A stretch of DNA of 64,000 bases from Bacteroidota bacterium (GTDB taxonomy: Bacteria > Bacteroidota > Bacteroidia > Bacteroidales > UBA12481): NCBI GenBank assembly GCA_018669475.1, contig JABHCC010000189.1, forward strand, positions 18,383 through 82,382, read 5' to 3'. The position numbers and the translations under genes were made by a program. Shown in pieces: positions 18,586-28,900 of this stretch; position 1 is the stretch's first letter; each line of letters begins with the position of its first letter. Under the pieces are notes generated by a model. It made no database searches. It was not told the DNA's origin and worked only from the letters and a program-made list of their open reading frames with translations.

Positions 18586-20826
18586 ATGATAAAAACAACT
18601 ATAACAGCATTGAGTCAGAGCAATAAACTCAGGCTTATTCTTCTTGGACTAATTATTTCTTTTGCTGCTTGTACAGATTCTGATTCTCAGATGAATACCC
18701 GGGTATATGATGACCTGCCGTTTATCCAGGATTATGCAGAGCAATTTGAATTAATAACAACACAGGCAGTGCCGGAACTTCTCGAGGTAAGATGTGACAG
18801 GAATAATAATATTAAAATTCTCTCTTCAGAAGGTTTGTTGCAGCCCTGGGAAAAGAACCTTGTAGCTGATCAGCTTTATAGTCCGATTCGGGATATGAGA
18901 ATAATTTCAATCGCTTCATTTAAGAACCAGTTTGTTTATTTAACCGACAAAGCAATTTTGAGCAATGCTTGGGCCGGAAAGTTTTATGTTAAACATAATA
19001 TTGAGAACTGTTCCCATTTTGTTTTAGGAGATGATTTCTCAGTTCTGGTAGCTGCCAGGGAGAAATTGGCCTTCTTTACTGATTCAGAATTGGTATGGGA
19101 AGAATCACTTGATGATTTTGAGCCTGTCGAACTTCTGTATAATTCAAGTCAGGGAGTTTTTGTAATTCTTTCAAAAAGTGCAATTTATACATTTACCATA
19201 GCAGATAAGCAATTGATTATGAGGTCAGATGCTGGAAATTTCACATCAATGGCCTTTGTAGCAGAAAATAGCCTATTAATGCTTGGAACAGAAGATGGGA
19301 TTTTGTCTTTGGATTCAGAATCGTTTAAAGAAATTTCACCTCTGAATACTAAACTTCCAGATACTAAAATATCATGCATTACTAAAATAAATGGAAAGTT
19401 ATGGTTCGGATCATCCAAAGGAGCTTTTTCGCAAAGAGATGATAATAAATACGATTATTATGCATCAAAGCGCTGGCTGGTCGATGATCAGGTTATTGAT
19501 ATCAGCGCGGGACCAGATAATAGTGTATTAATTCTTACAGAAACAGGATTAAGCCAAATCGTTTTTACAAAGATAACCCTTGCTGATAAAGCTGAATATT
19601 TCCAAAAAGTGCAAAGGCTTCGGCATGTTCGCTATGGTTTTAGTTCAGCAACGAGCCTTAAAGTGCCAGGAGATCTGTCATCTGCAGTTTTGCATGATAC
19701 AGATAATGATGGCCTTTGGACATCTATGTACCTGGCTGGTGAGCTGTTCCGTTATGGAGTGACCAAGTCGAATGACGCTCTGCAAAATGCGTACGAAGCT
19801 TTTGAAGCCATGGAACGTCTTACTGAAATAAGTGGAATTCAAGGATTCCCGGCAAGAACATATGAGATTGATGGTTATCAGTCAAGTGATACTGATCCAA
19901 ATATGTCTGAGGATGAGAAAATCTGGAGGCTTACTGAAGATAAGCGCTGGAGGTGGAAGTCAACAACAAGCAGTGATGAATCGTGCGGTCACTTTTTTGT
20001 TTATGCCCTTTTTGCTGAAATTGTGCCTGATCAGGAGTGGAGAGACCGTGCAATTCATCAAATAAAAATCGAGATGGATCACATTATTGAACACGACTGG
20101 TACCTTGTAACATGGAACGGAAACAGGACAGAATGGGGAAGATGGAATCCTGAATATGTTAACAGTTTTCCAATTACAGTTGGTGATCGACGCTTGAATT
20201 CAACACTTATTCTTGCTTTTCTGCAAACAGCATATCATTTTACCGGAGAGAAGATCTACAAGGAGAAAGCGTTTGAACTTATGAAAGACCATGGCTACGA
20301 CGAAAACACCATCCGACCTGCTACCGTTATCGGAGAAGTTGAGGGAGAGATTCTGAGTGATACCTGGAATCACTCGGATGATGAAATGTACTTTTTAACA
20401 ATTCCTGCACTATTAAAATATGCTTTTAACGACGAATTAAAAGAAAAATTTTTTGAATCGGCAAAAAGCCATTGGGAAATTGAACGATCTGAAAAGAATC
20501 CTCTCTGGAATTTTTTGTATCTCATGTCAGGTGGTGGAGATTATGACCTGGAAGAATCAGTCTGGTGGCTCAAAGAATTCCCAATGGATCTCATATCATG
20601 GAATGTTGAGAATAGTCACAGGCAGGATTTAACAAGAGTTGAGCAAAACTTCAGAAGACAAGAATATACCGAAGTGTTGCCAAGAGATGAACGACCCATG
20701 CACTTGCATAACAATGCATTCCGAAACAATGGAGGAAATGGCGGTAGAGAAGAGTATCCTCCTTATATTTTTCTACTGCCTTATTGGGCAGGAAGATATG
20801 CAGGTGTGATTAGTCCGGCAGAATAA
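18586..20826 (+). CDS. Large lipoprotein of unknown function (N-terminal beta-propeller-like repeats, C-terminal helical toroid-like region)
   Basis: Lipobox LIISFAAC. The N-terminal half has Reg_prop-like repeats (INGKLWFGSSKGAFS). The C-terminal half is helix-rich (DNDGLWTSMYLAGELFRYG...ESCGHFFVYALFAEI...). I could not assign a confident family. Confidence 0.4.
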   Translation: MIKTTITALSQSNKLRLILLGLIISFAACTDSDSQMNTRVYDDLPFIQDYAEQFELITTQAVPELLEVRCDRNNNIKILSSEGLLQPWEKNLVADQLYSPIRDMRIISIASFKNQFVYLTDKAILSNAWAGKFYVKHNIENCSHFVLGDDFSVLVAAREKLAFFTDSELVWEESLDDFEPVELLYNSSQGVFVILSKSAIYTFTIADKQLIMRSDAGNFTSMAFVAENSLLMLGTEDGILSLDSESFKEISPLNTKLPDTKISCITKINGKLWFGSSKGAFSQRDDNKYDYYASKRWLVDDQVIDISAGPDNSVLILTETGLSQIVFTKITLADKAEYFQKVQRLRHVRYGFSSATSLKVPGDLSSAVLHDTDNDGLWTSMYLAGELFRYGVTKSNDALQNAYEAFEAMERLTEISGIQGFPARTYEIDGYQSSDTDPNMSEDEKIWRLTEDKRWRWKSTTSSDESCGHFFVYALFAEIVPDQEWRDRAIHQIKIEMDHIIEHDWYLVTWNGNRTEWGRWNPEYVNSFPITVGDRRLNSTLILAFLQTAYHFTGEKIYKEKAFELMKDHGYDENTIRPATVIGEVEGEILSDTWNHSDDEMYFLTIPALLKYAFNDELKEKFFESAKSHWEIERSEKNPLWNFLYLMSGGGDYDLEESVWWLKEFPMDLISWNVENSHRQDLTRVEQNFRRQEYTEVLPRDERPMHLHNNAFRNNGGNGGREEYPPYIFLLPYWAGRYAGVISPAE

Positions 20827-20907
20827 ATGAAGCTACTATTACTTTTTTTGCAGATTATCTCATTTTGGAAGTAGATTTAGAGTAAATTATTACAATAAAT
20901 TAAGACC

Positions 20908-23043
20908 ATGAAACAGATTTTATCTTTATTAATACTTACGGTTGTTACATGTTTTGTTAGTGGTCAGTCAAGTCAGAATTCTACTGATAGCGGATCATTT
21001 GCTGATATAATGAGCACTAAAGTTATTTGTAAACAGGAAGGTAAGTATATCGGCTGGCCAAGTATCACCAAAACAGATTCTGGTGAATTATTGGTCGTTT
21101 TTTCAGGTAATCGCGAAGCGCATGTGTGTCCATTTGGAGTTACCCAGATGATTCGGAGTTCTGATAATGGTGAAACCTGGAGTGATCCTGAAACGATTAA
21201 TAATACACCCCTTGACGATCGCGATCCGGGAATCCTTGAAACAAAAAACGGAACCCTTTTAGTTAACTGGTTTACTTCTCTGGCCTTTGATAAAGACAAG
21301 TATTATGATAGAAATCCAACATGGAAGCTTCATGCGGATAAATTGGGAAATGAAACAAAGAAATACTGGATAGGGAACTGGACCAGGCGCTCATTAAACA
21401 GTGGTCAATCGTGGGAGAATCCTGTAAAACAAGTTGTTTCAGCGCCCCATGGACCAATTGAGATGACTGATGGCAGATTGTTATATGTTGGCACAGCAGT
21501 TATTAATGGGAGTAAAATGATGGGAGTTGAACAGTCTTGTGATGATGGAAAATCATGGCAATATATTTCCACAATTCCCTTGAATACTGATGACGATGTT
21601 GCTTTCTATCATGAACCACATGTTGTCGAAATTAAGAACGGTAAGCTGATTGCAATGTTTCGTTACCAGCCCCGTGATCGGGATCAATCATATTTGAGAC
21701 AATCAGAAAGTTACAATGGCGGCAGGAGCTGGACTACCAGCCACAAGATTAGTATATGGGGTTATCCGCCCCATCTTATCCAGTTAAACAACGGGTGGCT
21801 TATGGTATCATACGGTGTGCGCCGGGAACCATTCGGAGAAATGGCCTGTATCAGTAAGGACGGTGGAGAAACCTGGGAAACAGACAAGCAGATAATGATA
21901 AATCCAGCCATTAACTCCGATCTGGGTTATCCGGCCTCGGTCCAGCTTGATGATGGTTCAATTATGACTGTATACTACCAGATTGATAAGAAGGGTGAGA
22001 AAACATGCTTGTTTAGTACTCATTGGCGAATCAGGGAATCAGAGTTTGAAGATGATAACGCAAAAGTATTTGTTGGGGTAGATCATATCAAAGAAGAACA
22101 ACGTGTTGATATTCTGATAGATGATATCTTATTCACATCATATCTTTATATTGATACAATCCCAGACCTTAAAAAACCGGTTCTATTCCCGATATTCTCC
22201 GCAAAGGGTTCTGTTGTCACACGTGGTTATCCTCTTGATCCACGTCCGGGAGAACGTACCGATCATCCTCACCAAATAGGTTTATGGTTGAATTATGGTG
22301 ATGTGAATAATATCGATTTCTGGGGCAATTCGAATGCAATTCCTGATGATCAAAGGGATAGAATGGGTACTGTACTGCATAAAAAAGTTGCGCAAGTAAA
22401 AAGTGGGAAAAGTAGTGGTTCCTTAAAAGTTGAGATGGAATGGGTGAATTCTGATAATCTCACTTTACTTAAAGAAAATACCAGCTTTGTTTTTCAGGCT
22501 GGAGAAAACTATCGGATAATTGACCGGATTACAACGCTGACAGCACAGAAGGGAAATATCCTCTTTGAGGATACCAAGGAAGGCATGATGGCAATCCGTG
22601 TAAACAGAGCACTGGAACTACCGAGTGATAAGCCTGTAGTTTTAAGTGATGTACATGGTAATATAACAGAAGTGGCAAAACTTGATAATACAGGGGTTAA
22701 CGGGAAATACCTGAATAGTGAAGGGATCGAAGGATTGGATGTATGGGGAAAGCAGGCAAGCTGGGTATCCCTTTCCGGGAAGATAGGTAACGAAGATGTT
22801 TCTGTTATCATCTTTGATCATCCTGAGAATCCAGGCCATACTACATATTGGCATGCCAGGGGTTATGGACTGTTTGCCGCAAATCCGCTGGGACAAAAAA
22901 CTTTTACTAAGGGAGAAAAGGAACTGAATCTTTCTCTTGATCCCGGAGAATCGGTCACGTTTAAATATCGAGTCCTAATTAAGTCGGGTCTTATAACTTC
23001 ATCTGAAATAAGTGATATATATGATTCATTTGTAAAGGAATAG
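20908..23043 (+). CDS. Fusion: secreted BNR/Asp-box propeller (N-terminal) plus DUF6807 (formerly the 'PmoA' family) domain (C-terminal)
   Basis: Signal peptide present. Asp-boxes SSDNGETW, CDDGKSW, SYNGGRSW and SKDGGETW. From about nt 22060: KKPVLFPIFSAKGSVVTRGYPLDPRPGERTDHPHQIGLWLNYGDVNNIDFWGNS, the hallmark DH-x-H-Q/H-x-G-L-W block of DUF6807. Confidence 0.7.
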   Translation: MKQILSLLILTVVTCFVSGQSSQNSTDSGSFADIMSTKVICKQEGKYIGWPSITKTDSGELLVVFSGNREAHVCPFGVTQMIRSSDNGETWSDPETINNTPLDDRDPGILETKNGTLLVNWFTSLAFDKDKYYDRNPTWKLHADKLGNETKKYWIGNWTRRSLNSGQSWENPVKQVVSAPHGPIEMTDGRLLYVGTAVINGSKMMGVEQSCDDGKSWQYISTIPLNTDDDVAFYHEPHVVEIKNGKLIAMFRYQPRDRDQSYLRQSESYNGGRSWTTSHKISIWGYPPHLIQLNNGWLMVSYGVRREPFGEMACISKDGGETWETDKQIMINPAINSDLGYPASVQLDDGSIMTVYYQIDKKGEKTCLFSTHWRIRESEFEDDNAKVFVGVDHIKEEQRVDILIDDILFTSYLYIDTIPDLKKPVLFPIFSAKGSVVTRGYPLDPRPGERTDHPHQIGLWLNYGDVNNIDFWGNSNAIPDDQRDRMGTVLHKKVAQVKSGKSSGSLKVEMEWVNSDNLTLLKENTSFVFQAGENYRIIDRITTLTAQKGNILFEDTKEGMMAIRVNRALELPSDKPVVLSDVHGNITEVAKLDNTGVNGKYLNSEGIEGLDVWGKQASWVSLSGKIGNEDVSVIIFDHPENPGHTTYWHARGYGLFAANPLGQKTFTKGEKELNLSLDPGESVTFKYRVLIKSGLITSSEISDIYDSFVKE

Positions 23044-23100
23044 CTTGATTGAGCAATTTCTGATCAATTGAGAATCTCGTATCTGTGGAGTAAGTATAAT

Positions 23101-24246
23101 CTACTTCCTTCTTTCCACAATAATCTCTTCAATCAGATCACCATTGATGTCAATGGCTTCCAAGCTAGTATTATCTATACCCACATTTACTCTCACGTAA
23201 TGTTCAATTTTCTTATATGCAACGGTTTCTGCTTGTATAGAGTCCGTGGCATACAGGGGGGCTCCACCTCCTCCTGTTACGATGTAATGAGTTCCTCTGT
23301 TTTCGGCATGATGGTAATAATGGTCGTGGCCGTTTAATACAGCTGTCACATCGTGGCGCTCAAAAACATCTCCCCAGAATTCTCTTCTGAGCTCTGCATC
23401 TGCAACTCGACTTTTCTTTATGCTGTAATAGGTGGGATGAAAGAATACAAAAATGTAACCTGCATCATTATTTAAGTTTAAGATGTTTTCAAGCCATTCT
23501 TTCTCTTCCTCGAAATATTTCTTGCTAATATCGGTCCAGAATGCATTCCTGCTTTCACCTTGCAGATATTCAGGAGTTTCGTAATCCGGTCCTTCCATAT
23601 CAAGTATGATAAAAAGAGCGTCTCCAACGGAGAAAAAGTAGTAACTCTCATTGCCGGGAAGGGAAAAGAAATCATAGTAATTTTCAGAATCCTGCTCATG
23701 ATTTCCTAAAACTGTGTAATATGGGACATGACGAATCAAAGAGTCATTTATCCTGAAAAAATGTTCCCAGTCGTTCATATTGTTTCCCTGACTTACTAAA
23801 TCACCTGTATTTATAACAAACAGAGGATTCTCTTCAATAATTCTATTCACAATTGTTTGATGAACACTATGACGGGTCCGCGTATCTCCTAAAACAGCGA
23901 AATGGAATGCTTGTATTGAATCCGGAAATGTTGTAAAGGTGCCTTTTCCCCAGTCTGTGCCATCATTGAGTACATCGTAGGAATACGTAGTGTTTGGTTT
24001 CAAGCGAGTAATTACAGATTTGTGATTACTATATTGATTCACTTTATGAATGATACTATCGCCGACTCTGATTTGGGTTGTCCCAATCATGGTAGACCAA
24101 CAAAGTGTAACTTCATTCTGTGTCATACTTTGTACATATGGCCCGATCATTTCAGGCAAATTATCTGCTTCCTTCTTTTGACAGTGCGTGAAACCCACAA
24201 TAAAAATTGAAATAAACAGATAGTTGACAGTTTGTCGCAGATTCAT
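23101..24246 (-). CDS. Calcineurin-like metallophosphoesterase, purple-acid-phosphatase-like lipoprotein
   Basis: Motifs GDTRT, GDLVSQGN, GNHEQD and GHDHYYHH, preceded by a PAP N-terminal beta domain. The ATG at 24246 lies 2 nt after the SusD-like stop and gives the leader MNLRQTVNYLFISIFIVGFTHC. Confidence 0.8.
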   Translation of the reverse strand: MNLRQTVNYLFISIFIVGFTHCQKKEADNLPEMIGPYVQSMTQNEVTLCWSTMIGTTQIRVGDSIIHKVNQYSNHKSVITRLKPNTTYSYDVLNDGTDWGKGTFTTFPDSIQAFHFAVLGDTRTRHSVHQTIVNRIIEENPLFVINTGDLVSQGNNMNDWEHFFRINDSLIRHVPYYTVLGNHEQDSENYYDFFSLPGNESYYFFSVGDALFIILDMEGPDYETPEYLQGESRNAFWTDISKKYFEEEKEWLENILNLNNDAGYIFVFFHPTYYSIKKSRVADAELRREFWGDVFERHDVTAVLNGHDHYYHHAENRGTHYIVTGGGGAPLYATDSIQAETVAYKKIEHYVRVNVGIDNTSLEAIDINGDLIEEIIVERRK

Positions 24247-24248
24247 AA

Positions 24249-25907
24249 TTATTGTAATAACCACATTTTCGACCAGGCGCTGTTTTTACCATCCTCCGCT
24301 GAAAAAGCGGTCTTTTCAAGCAGATCAATCGCCGACTGGGTATTCACAGGATTGTAATCCATCTCATCTATAGAGTAATAGAATCTTAAGGGTAAGGCAT
24401 CTCTTTTAACAACAGCCCCGGGCTGCAAGGCAGGTAATCCGGTTCTCCTGAAGTCAAACCAGGATTCAGCAGCAGCAGTCCAGCTGGCAATCCATTTTTG
24501 CTCCATGATCTGCTTCTGAGTGCCCTCATACGCTACACCTTCATTAAGAATGTAACTATCATAAGCTCGGCTGATCCCCCAGGCTTTTAGAGAGGCTTGT
24601 ACTCCGGCCTCATAGTGAACCTGTGCAGACTCATTGGTCCATCCCATAAGTGCAGCCTCAGCAATTATTAAATGTACTTCAGCAGCAGTAAGCAAGCGTG
24701 ATTTTAATAGTGGACCAGAAGCTTTTTTATATCTGTCATTAAGATGAGAAGCATGTGGATTTCGAGGTGCTTGTCCCCAGTTATTATCCGGATTCATATT
24801 GTATGCTTGTGGTAAATTCGACCATGAAGGAGGAAGTCCGACAAACTCCGGATCTTCGTCTACCGGAAAACCAAATTGATTAAGATACTGATCGACAGCA
24901 TCTGATCCAACATAGCGTATACCATCAACTATCTCATTCCTGTCAGCCGGAGAGGCAACAACAACCAGCGGGATATCAATTTTTTGAGCCCATAATTCCA
25001 GTCTCGGATCGTTCAATTCCTGCATAGCATCCACAAGCGTAGCACACATTTTAAGTCGTCTGAAAGAGCCCTGCTCCAATTGACCAAATACTGTATTTGT
25101 AGGCCATGAATCCACTGTGCTGGCACCTGGGTAATCCATATTAACATCATCGCTGGTATTCAGAATTATCGGATAGCCTACCGGATTGTTAACAATTTTC
25201 TCAATACCTGCCCGGGCCATGGAAGGATCCTTCTCAGAGAGCCGCATATAGTATCTTAAAGCCAGGGAATTTGCAAATTTTCTCCACAGGTCAACATCAC
25301 CTTTGAGTAGGATGTCCTGGGCAGGACTAATACCCAAATAGTCATTCTGATTCTTTGATAGTAAGGTATTTGCAGTGTCAAGGTCAGCAAGGATGCCAGT
25401 ATAAATATCTTCCTGACGGTCAAAAGCCGGTTTGATGTTTTCTTCTCCACTCTGGTCACCCATAAGAGCCCGTGAGTAAGGAGCATCTCCCCAAATATCT
25501 GTGATAAGTCCAAAAATATATGATTTGATCACTAAGGCCACTCCCTGATGAAATTCAAGTTCCATATCCACTGACTTTTTATACATCTCATCAGTATTCC
25601 TGAGTATGCCATAATACCCTGCCCAATCCTGGTTTGTTGACCAATCATAGCCGTTATGGCCACCACTCCAGCCATCTTTCTGTGTATGCTGCATAACACC
25701 GGCAATATTTCCAAATCCTAAACCAACAACTGCCAGTCCTGTTTGGGATACAATAGTGCTCATTAGTAAATTCGGATGTGCAATAGCAGGATCTACTCCG
25801 TTTGGATTGATGTTCATATCTTCCAGTTTCTCGCACGAAAAGAGAAGGGTGGCTAACAAAATCAAGGGGAGTATTAATTTGTTCCTATGTGTGTATTTTG
25901 TCTTCAT
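24249..25907 (-). CDS. SusD/RagB-family nutrient-binding outer-membrane lipoprotein
   Basis: Lipobox LLFSC and TPR-like helical composition. It sits immediately downstream of the SusC-like gene (11-nt gap). Confidence 0.85.
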   Translation of the reverse strand: MKTKYTHRNKLILPLILLATLLFSCEKLEDMNINPNGVDPAIAHPNLLMSTIVSQTGLAVVGLGFGNIAGVMQHTQKDGWSGGHNGYDWSTNQDWAGYYGILRNTDEMYKKSVDMELEFHQGVALVIKSYIFGLITDIWGDAPYSRALMGDQSGEENIKPAFDRQEDIYTGILADLDTANTLLSKNQNDYLGISPAQDILLKGDVDLWRKFANSLALRYYMRLSEKDPSMARAGIEKIVNNPVGYPIILNTSDDVNMDYPGASTVDSWPTNTVFGQLEQGSFRRLKMCATLVDAMQELNDPRLELWAQKIDIPLVVVASPADRNEIVDGIRYVGSDAVDQYLNQFGFPVDEDPEFVGLPPSWSNLPQAYNMNPDNNWGQAPRNPHASHLNDRYKKASGPLLKSRLLTAAEVHLIIAEAALMGWTNESAQVHYEAGVQASLKAWGISRAYDSYILNEGVAYEGTQKQIMEQKWIASWTAAAESWFDFRRTGLPALQPGAVVKRDALPLRFYYSIDEMDYNPVNTQSAIDLLEKTAFSAEDGKNSAWSKMWLLQ

Positions 25908-25918
25908 AGTTATAGTTT

Positions 25919-28900
25919 TTAGAAAGTAAGGTGAAATTTAAAGCCAATTGGCATTACCCATGGTTCAAGATTATATCTTTCAATGCCTTGCTTAAATCCA
26001 GAAGCTTCTGCCTGAAATGCTCTTTCAGGATCAACCCCTATTTTGGCCTTTGTCCATAAATTAATATTCCGACTGTAAATTGATACCGTTATATCTTGAA
26101 AACCATATCGATGAGCGAAATCGGAGGGAATCTGGTAAGTCAGTGATACTTCTCTTAACTTAACAAAATCTGCATCGAAGGTTGAAGATTTTGTAAAGCT
26201 CCATGGGTACAATATAATGTAAGGAACAAACATAGTGCCTTCTTCACCAAGGTTCTCAGTATAAGTTCCGTCAGAATTCTGGATCACACCCGGTATAAAT
26301 GCTCCATCATTAACTATCACACCACTATAACCTTCAGGGAATCCTCCATATTCAGAGGTTGGACCGCCAATTACATGAAAACCATTTAATATTAGTGTTT
26401 CTTCATTTTCTATCAGCCAGTCACGAAGTTCTTGTCCGGTCCTGTCTCCGGGATTGACCATTTGATCCAGCCAATGTTGAGAGTTCTTATTCTCTGACAT
26501 ATACCTGTGTGTTTGAGAAACAAATTGACCTCCTTTTCTCCAATCAAAAGTCATATTCAAAGTAAAGCCTTTGTAGGAGATTCCTGATTGCAGCCCTAGT
26601 AAGAAGTCAGGATTATAATTTCCAATTTTAGACATGAAAGCCTGACTTGGATCATCCTGCCACCTCAGATTTTCTCCACCAACTATCGGATAACCGTAAT
26701 AAGGAGAGTTTGGATCCTCAACAACTAATAGGGTAGCATCGTATATATCACCAATGTCATCCCCGACGTAGGTTTTGGCTCCTCCTTTGGCATCTCTCCA
26801 GAACTCAATAAAATCAATACCGTCAGAGATTTCAACCAATGTTGTTCGGTTTCTGGAGAAATTCATATCAATATCCCATACTAAGTTATTGTTTCTGATT
26901 GGTGTACCCCCGAAAAGGAATTCCCATCCTTTACTCTCTATCAAGCCGGCATTAATATTAACACTGCTGAAACCAGATGAACTGGCAATAGGAATATTCC
27001 TGATTATCTGATTTCTGTTCTCGACAGAATAGTATGTTCCTTCAATTCTTATCCTGTCTCTGGCTATCCTCATATCGGTACCAATTTCCCAGGAAGTAGC
27101 TTCTTCCGGTTTTAAATCAGGAGTTAAAATCGTACCTGATTTGGAGAGCCGTGTTGCATCACCCCATTGACCTGCGTTGCCATAGCTTGGGTAAAGTTGG
27201 TAGGGATTAGCATCGTTACCAACTTTGGCCCAGCCTCCTCGTATTTTCAGTAAGTCAAACATGTCTCCCACCTCGAGCATTTCATTCAGGAGTACACTAA
27301 GTGATGCAGAAGGGTAGAAATAAGATTGATTCTCCTTTGGCAGAGTGCTTGACCAGTCATTTCTGGCTGTCAAATCAAGGTAAATCATACTATTGTAGGA
27401 GAGATTGGCCATTCCATAAAGACTGTAGATTGCCTTCTGATACCAGCTGCTTCCATAATTTAATGAACCCGACTTAATATTACTTATAGTGTAAACTTCC
27501 GGAACAATCAAGCCCGTACTTGGCTTTGAGGAATTACTTATCGATGAGCCTTTCCTGTATAATGAATTCCCGCCGGCAGAAACAGATATATTGAAATTAT
27601 TTAATTGCTTATTGTAAGTGGCAAGAACATCAGCGTTGCCTTCAAAATTGTTAATATCCACAATTCCATATGCTCCGTTATTTGATTCTCTTGTGTAACT
27701 CGGTGATATTTTAGTTTCCCTTCTTTCATCGTATCTGTCAATTGAATACCTTCCCATCAGGCTGAACTCAGGAGTGATCTGCAATACCGCTTTCATGTTG
27801 CCAAAGAATCTTTCCCTGGCAAAACTATTATTCACTTCATTAGCCAGGAAGTATGGATTATTATAAATCCCATTTGCAGGGGTTCTTTGTTGAACTCCTT
27901 CCTGACCAGGTTCCCAGTAATCCTGCAAGTCAAGGATATCAATGTTCAAAGGCATCTTGTATGCCCACTCAAGCGGATTTGTTCCCCTGTTACTGGAAGG
28001 ACGATTATTGGACCATGATTTATTAATATTAATATTTGAGCTAATAGTGAGTTTTTCACTTGCGCGAATGTCAGTGCCCACCGAAAAATTATTCCTGAAA
28101 AGATCGGAGTTTGGAATAATTCCCCTGTTGGTCATGCTGGTAACCCCAAGCCTGTAATTCATCATTTCCGTATTGCTGGACACAGAAACCCCATTGGTGG
28201 ATGTAATGCCTGTCTGAACAAAGTTTGCTACATTATCGGGGTAGGATATCAGCTCGATTGGAACTTTGTTACCGTTTGCATCCCGCGGACTTTGCCATTG
28301 AATAGCAAAATATCCCTTATCACATTCTATTCCTGCACCTGCGCCTTGTGCCGGATCAACTACCATAACAGAGCCCGGATAATTATCGGGTGTAAAAGAG
28401 AAATAGCCTGATGAAAAATGCTTTTGAGTTTCAAAATATTTAAAAGGCTTGTCAAAAACAGTATTTGAAGTGATTGAAACTGTTATTCCTCTGTCTTTCT
28501 TTCCTCTTTTGGTTGTAATCAGCACAACACCATTTCCGGCTCTTGAACCATACAATGCGGCAGCACTGGGTCCTTTCAAAATTGAAACACTTTCAATATC
28601 ATCCGGATTAAGGTCAGAAATGGCATTTCCATAATCTACGATATTTCTTTCGCCGAACTGGGTCATATTACTCAAGGAATTAATCATCGGTACTCCATCA
28701 ACCACAAAAAGAGGCTGGTTATCACTGCTCAGAGAAGTAGCCCCCCTTATCACCATACTCACTGATGAGCCGGTTCCTCCTGTGCTGTTAACAGTTACAC
28801 CGGCTACCTTGCCCGCCAGGGAACTTATAACATTTTCACGCGTTACCCTGGTCATGTCTTCTCCATCAACTTTCCCTACAGCATAACCCAGAGACTTCTC

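Noticed and set aside
22060-23043. Reading the old 'PmoA' family label as evidence for methane/ammonia monooxygenase
   Set aside because: The historical Pfam name is a misnomer for DUF6807. The domain here is soluble, follows a signal peptide and a BNR domain, and no pmoB or pmoC genes are present.
23068-23337. 89-aa plus-strand ORF after the BNR::DUF6807 gene
   Set aside because: It is antisense to the 3' end of the strongly supported metallophosphoesterase gene, and the peptide is not protein-like.
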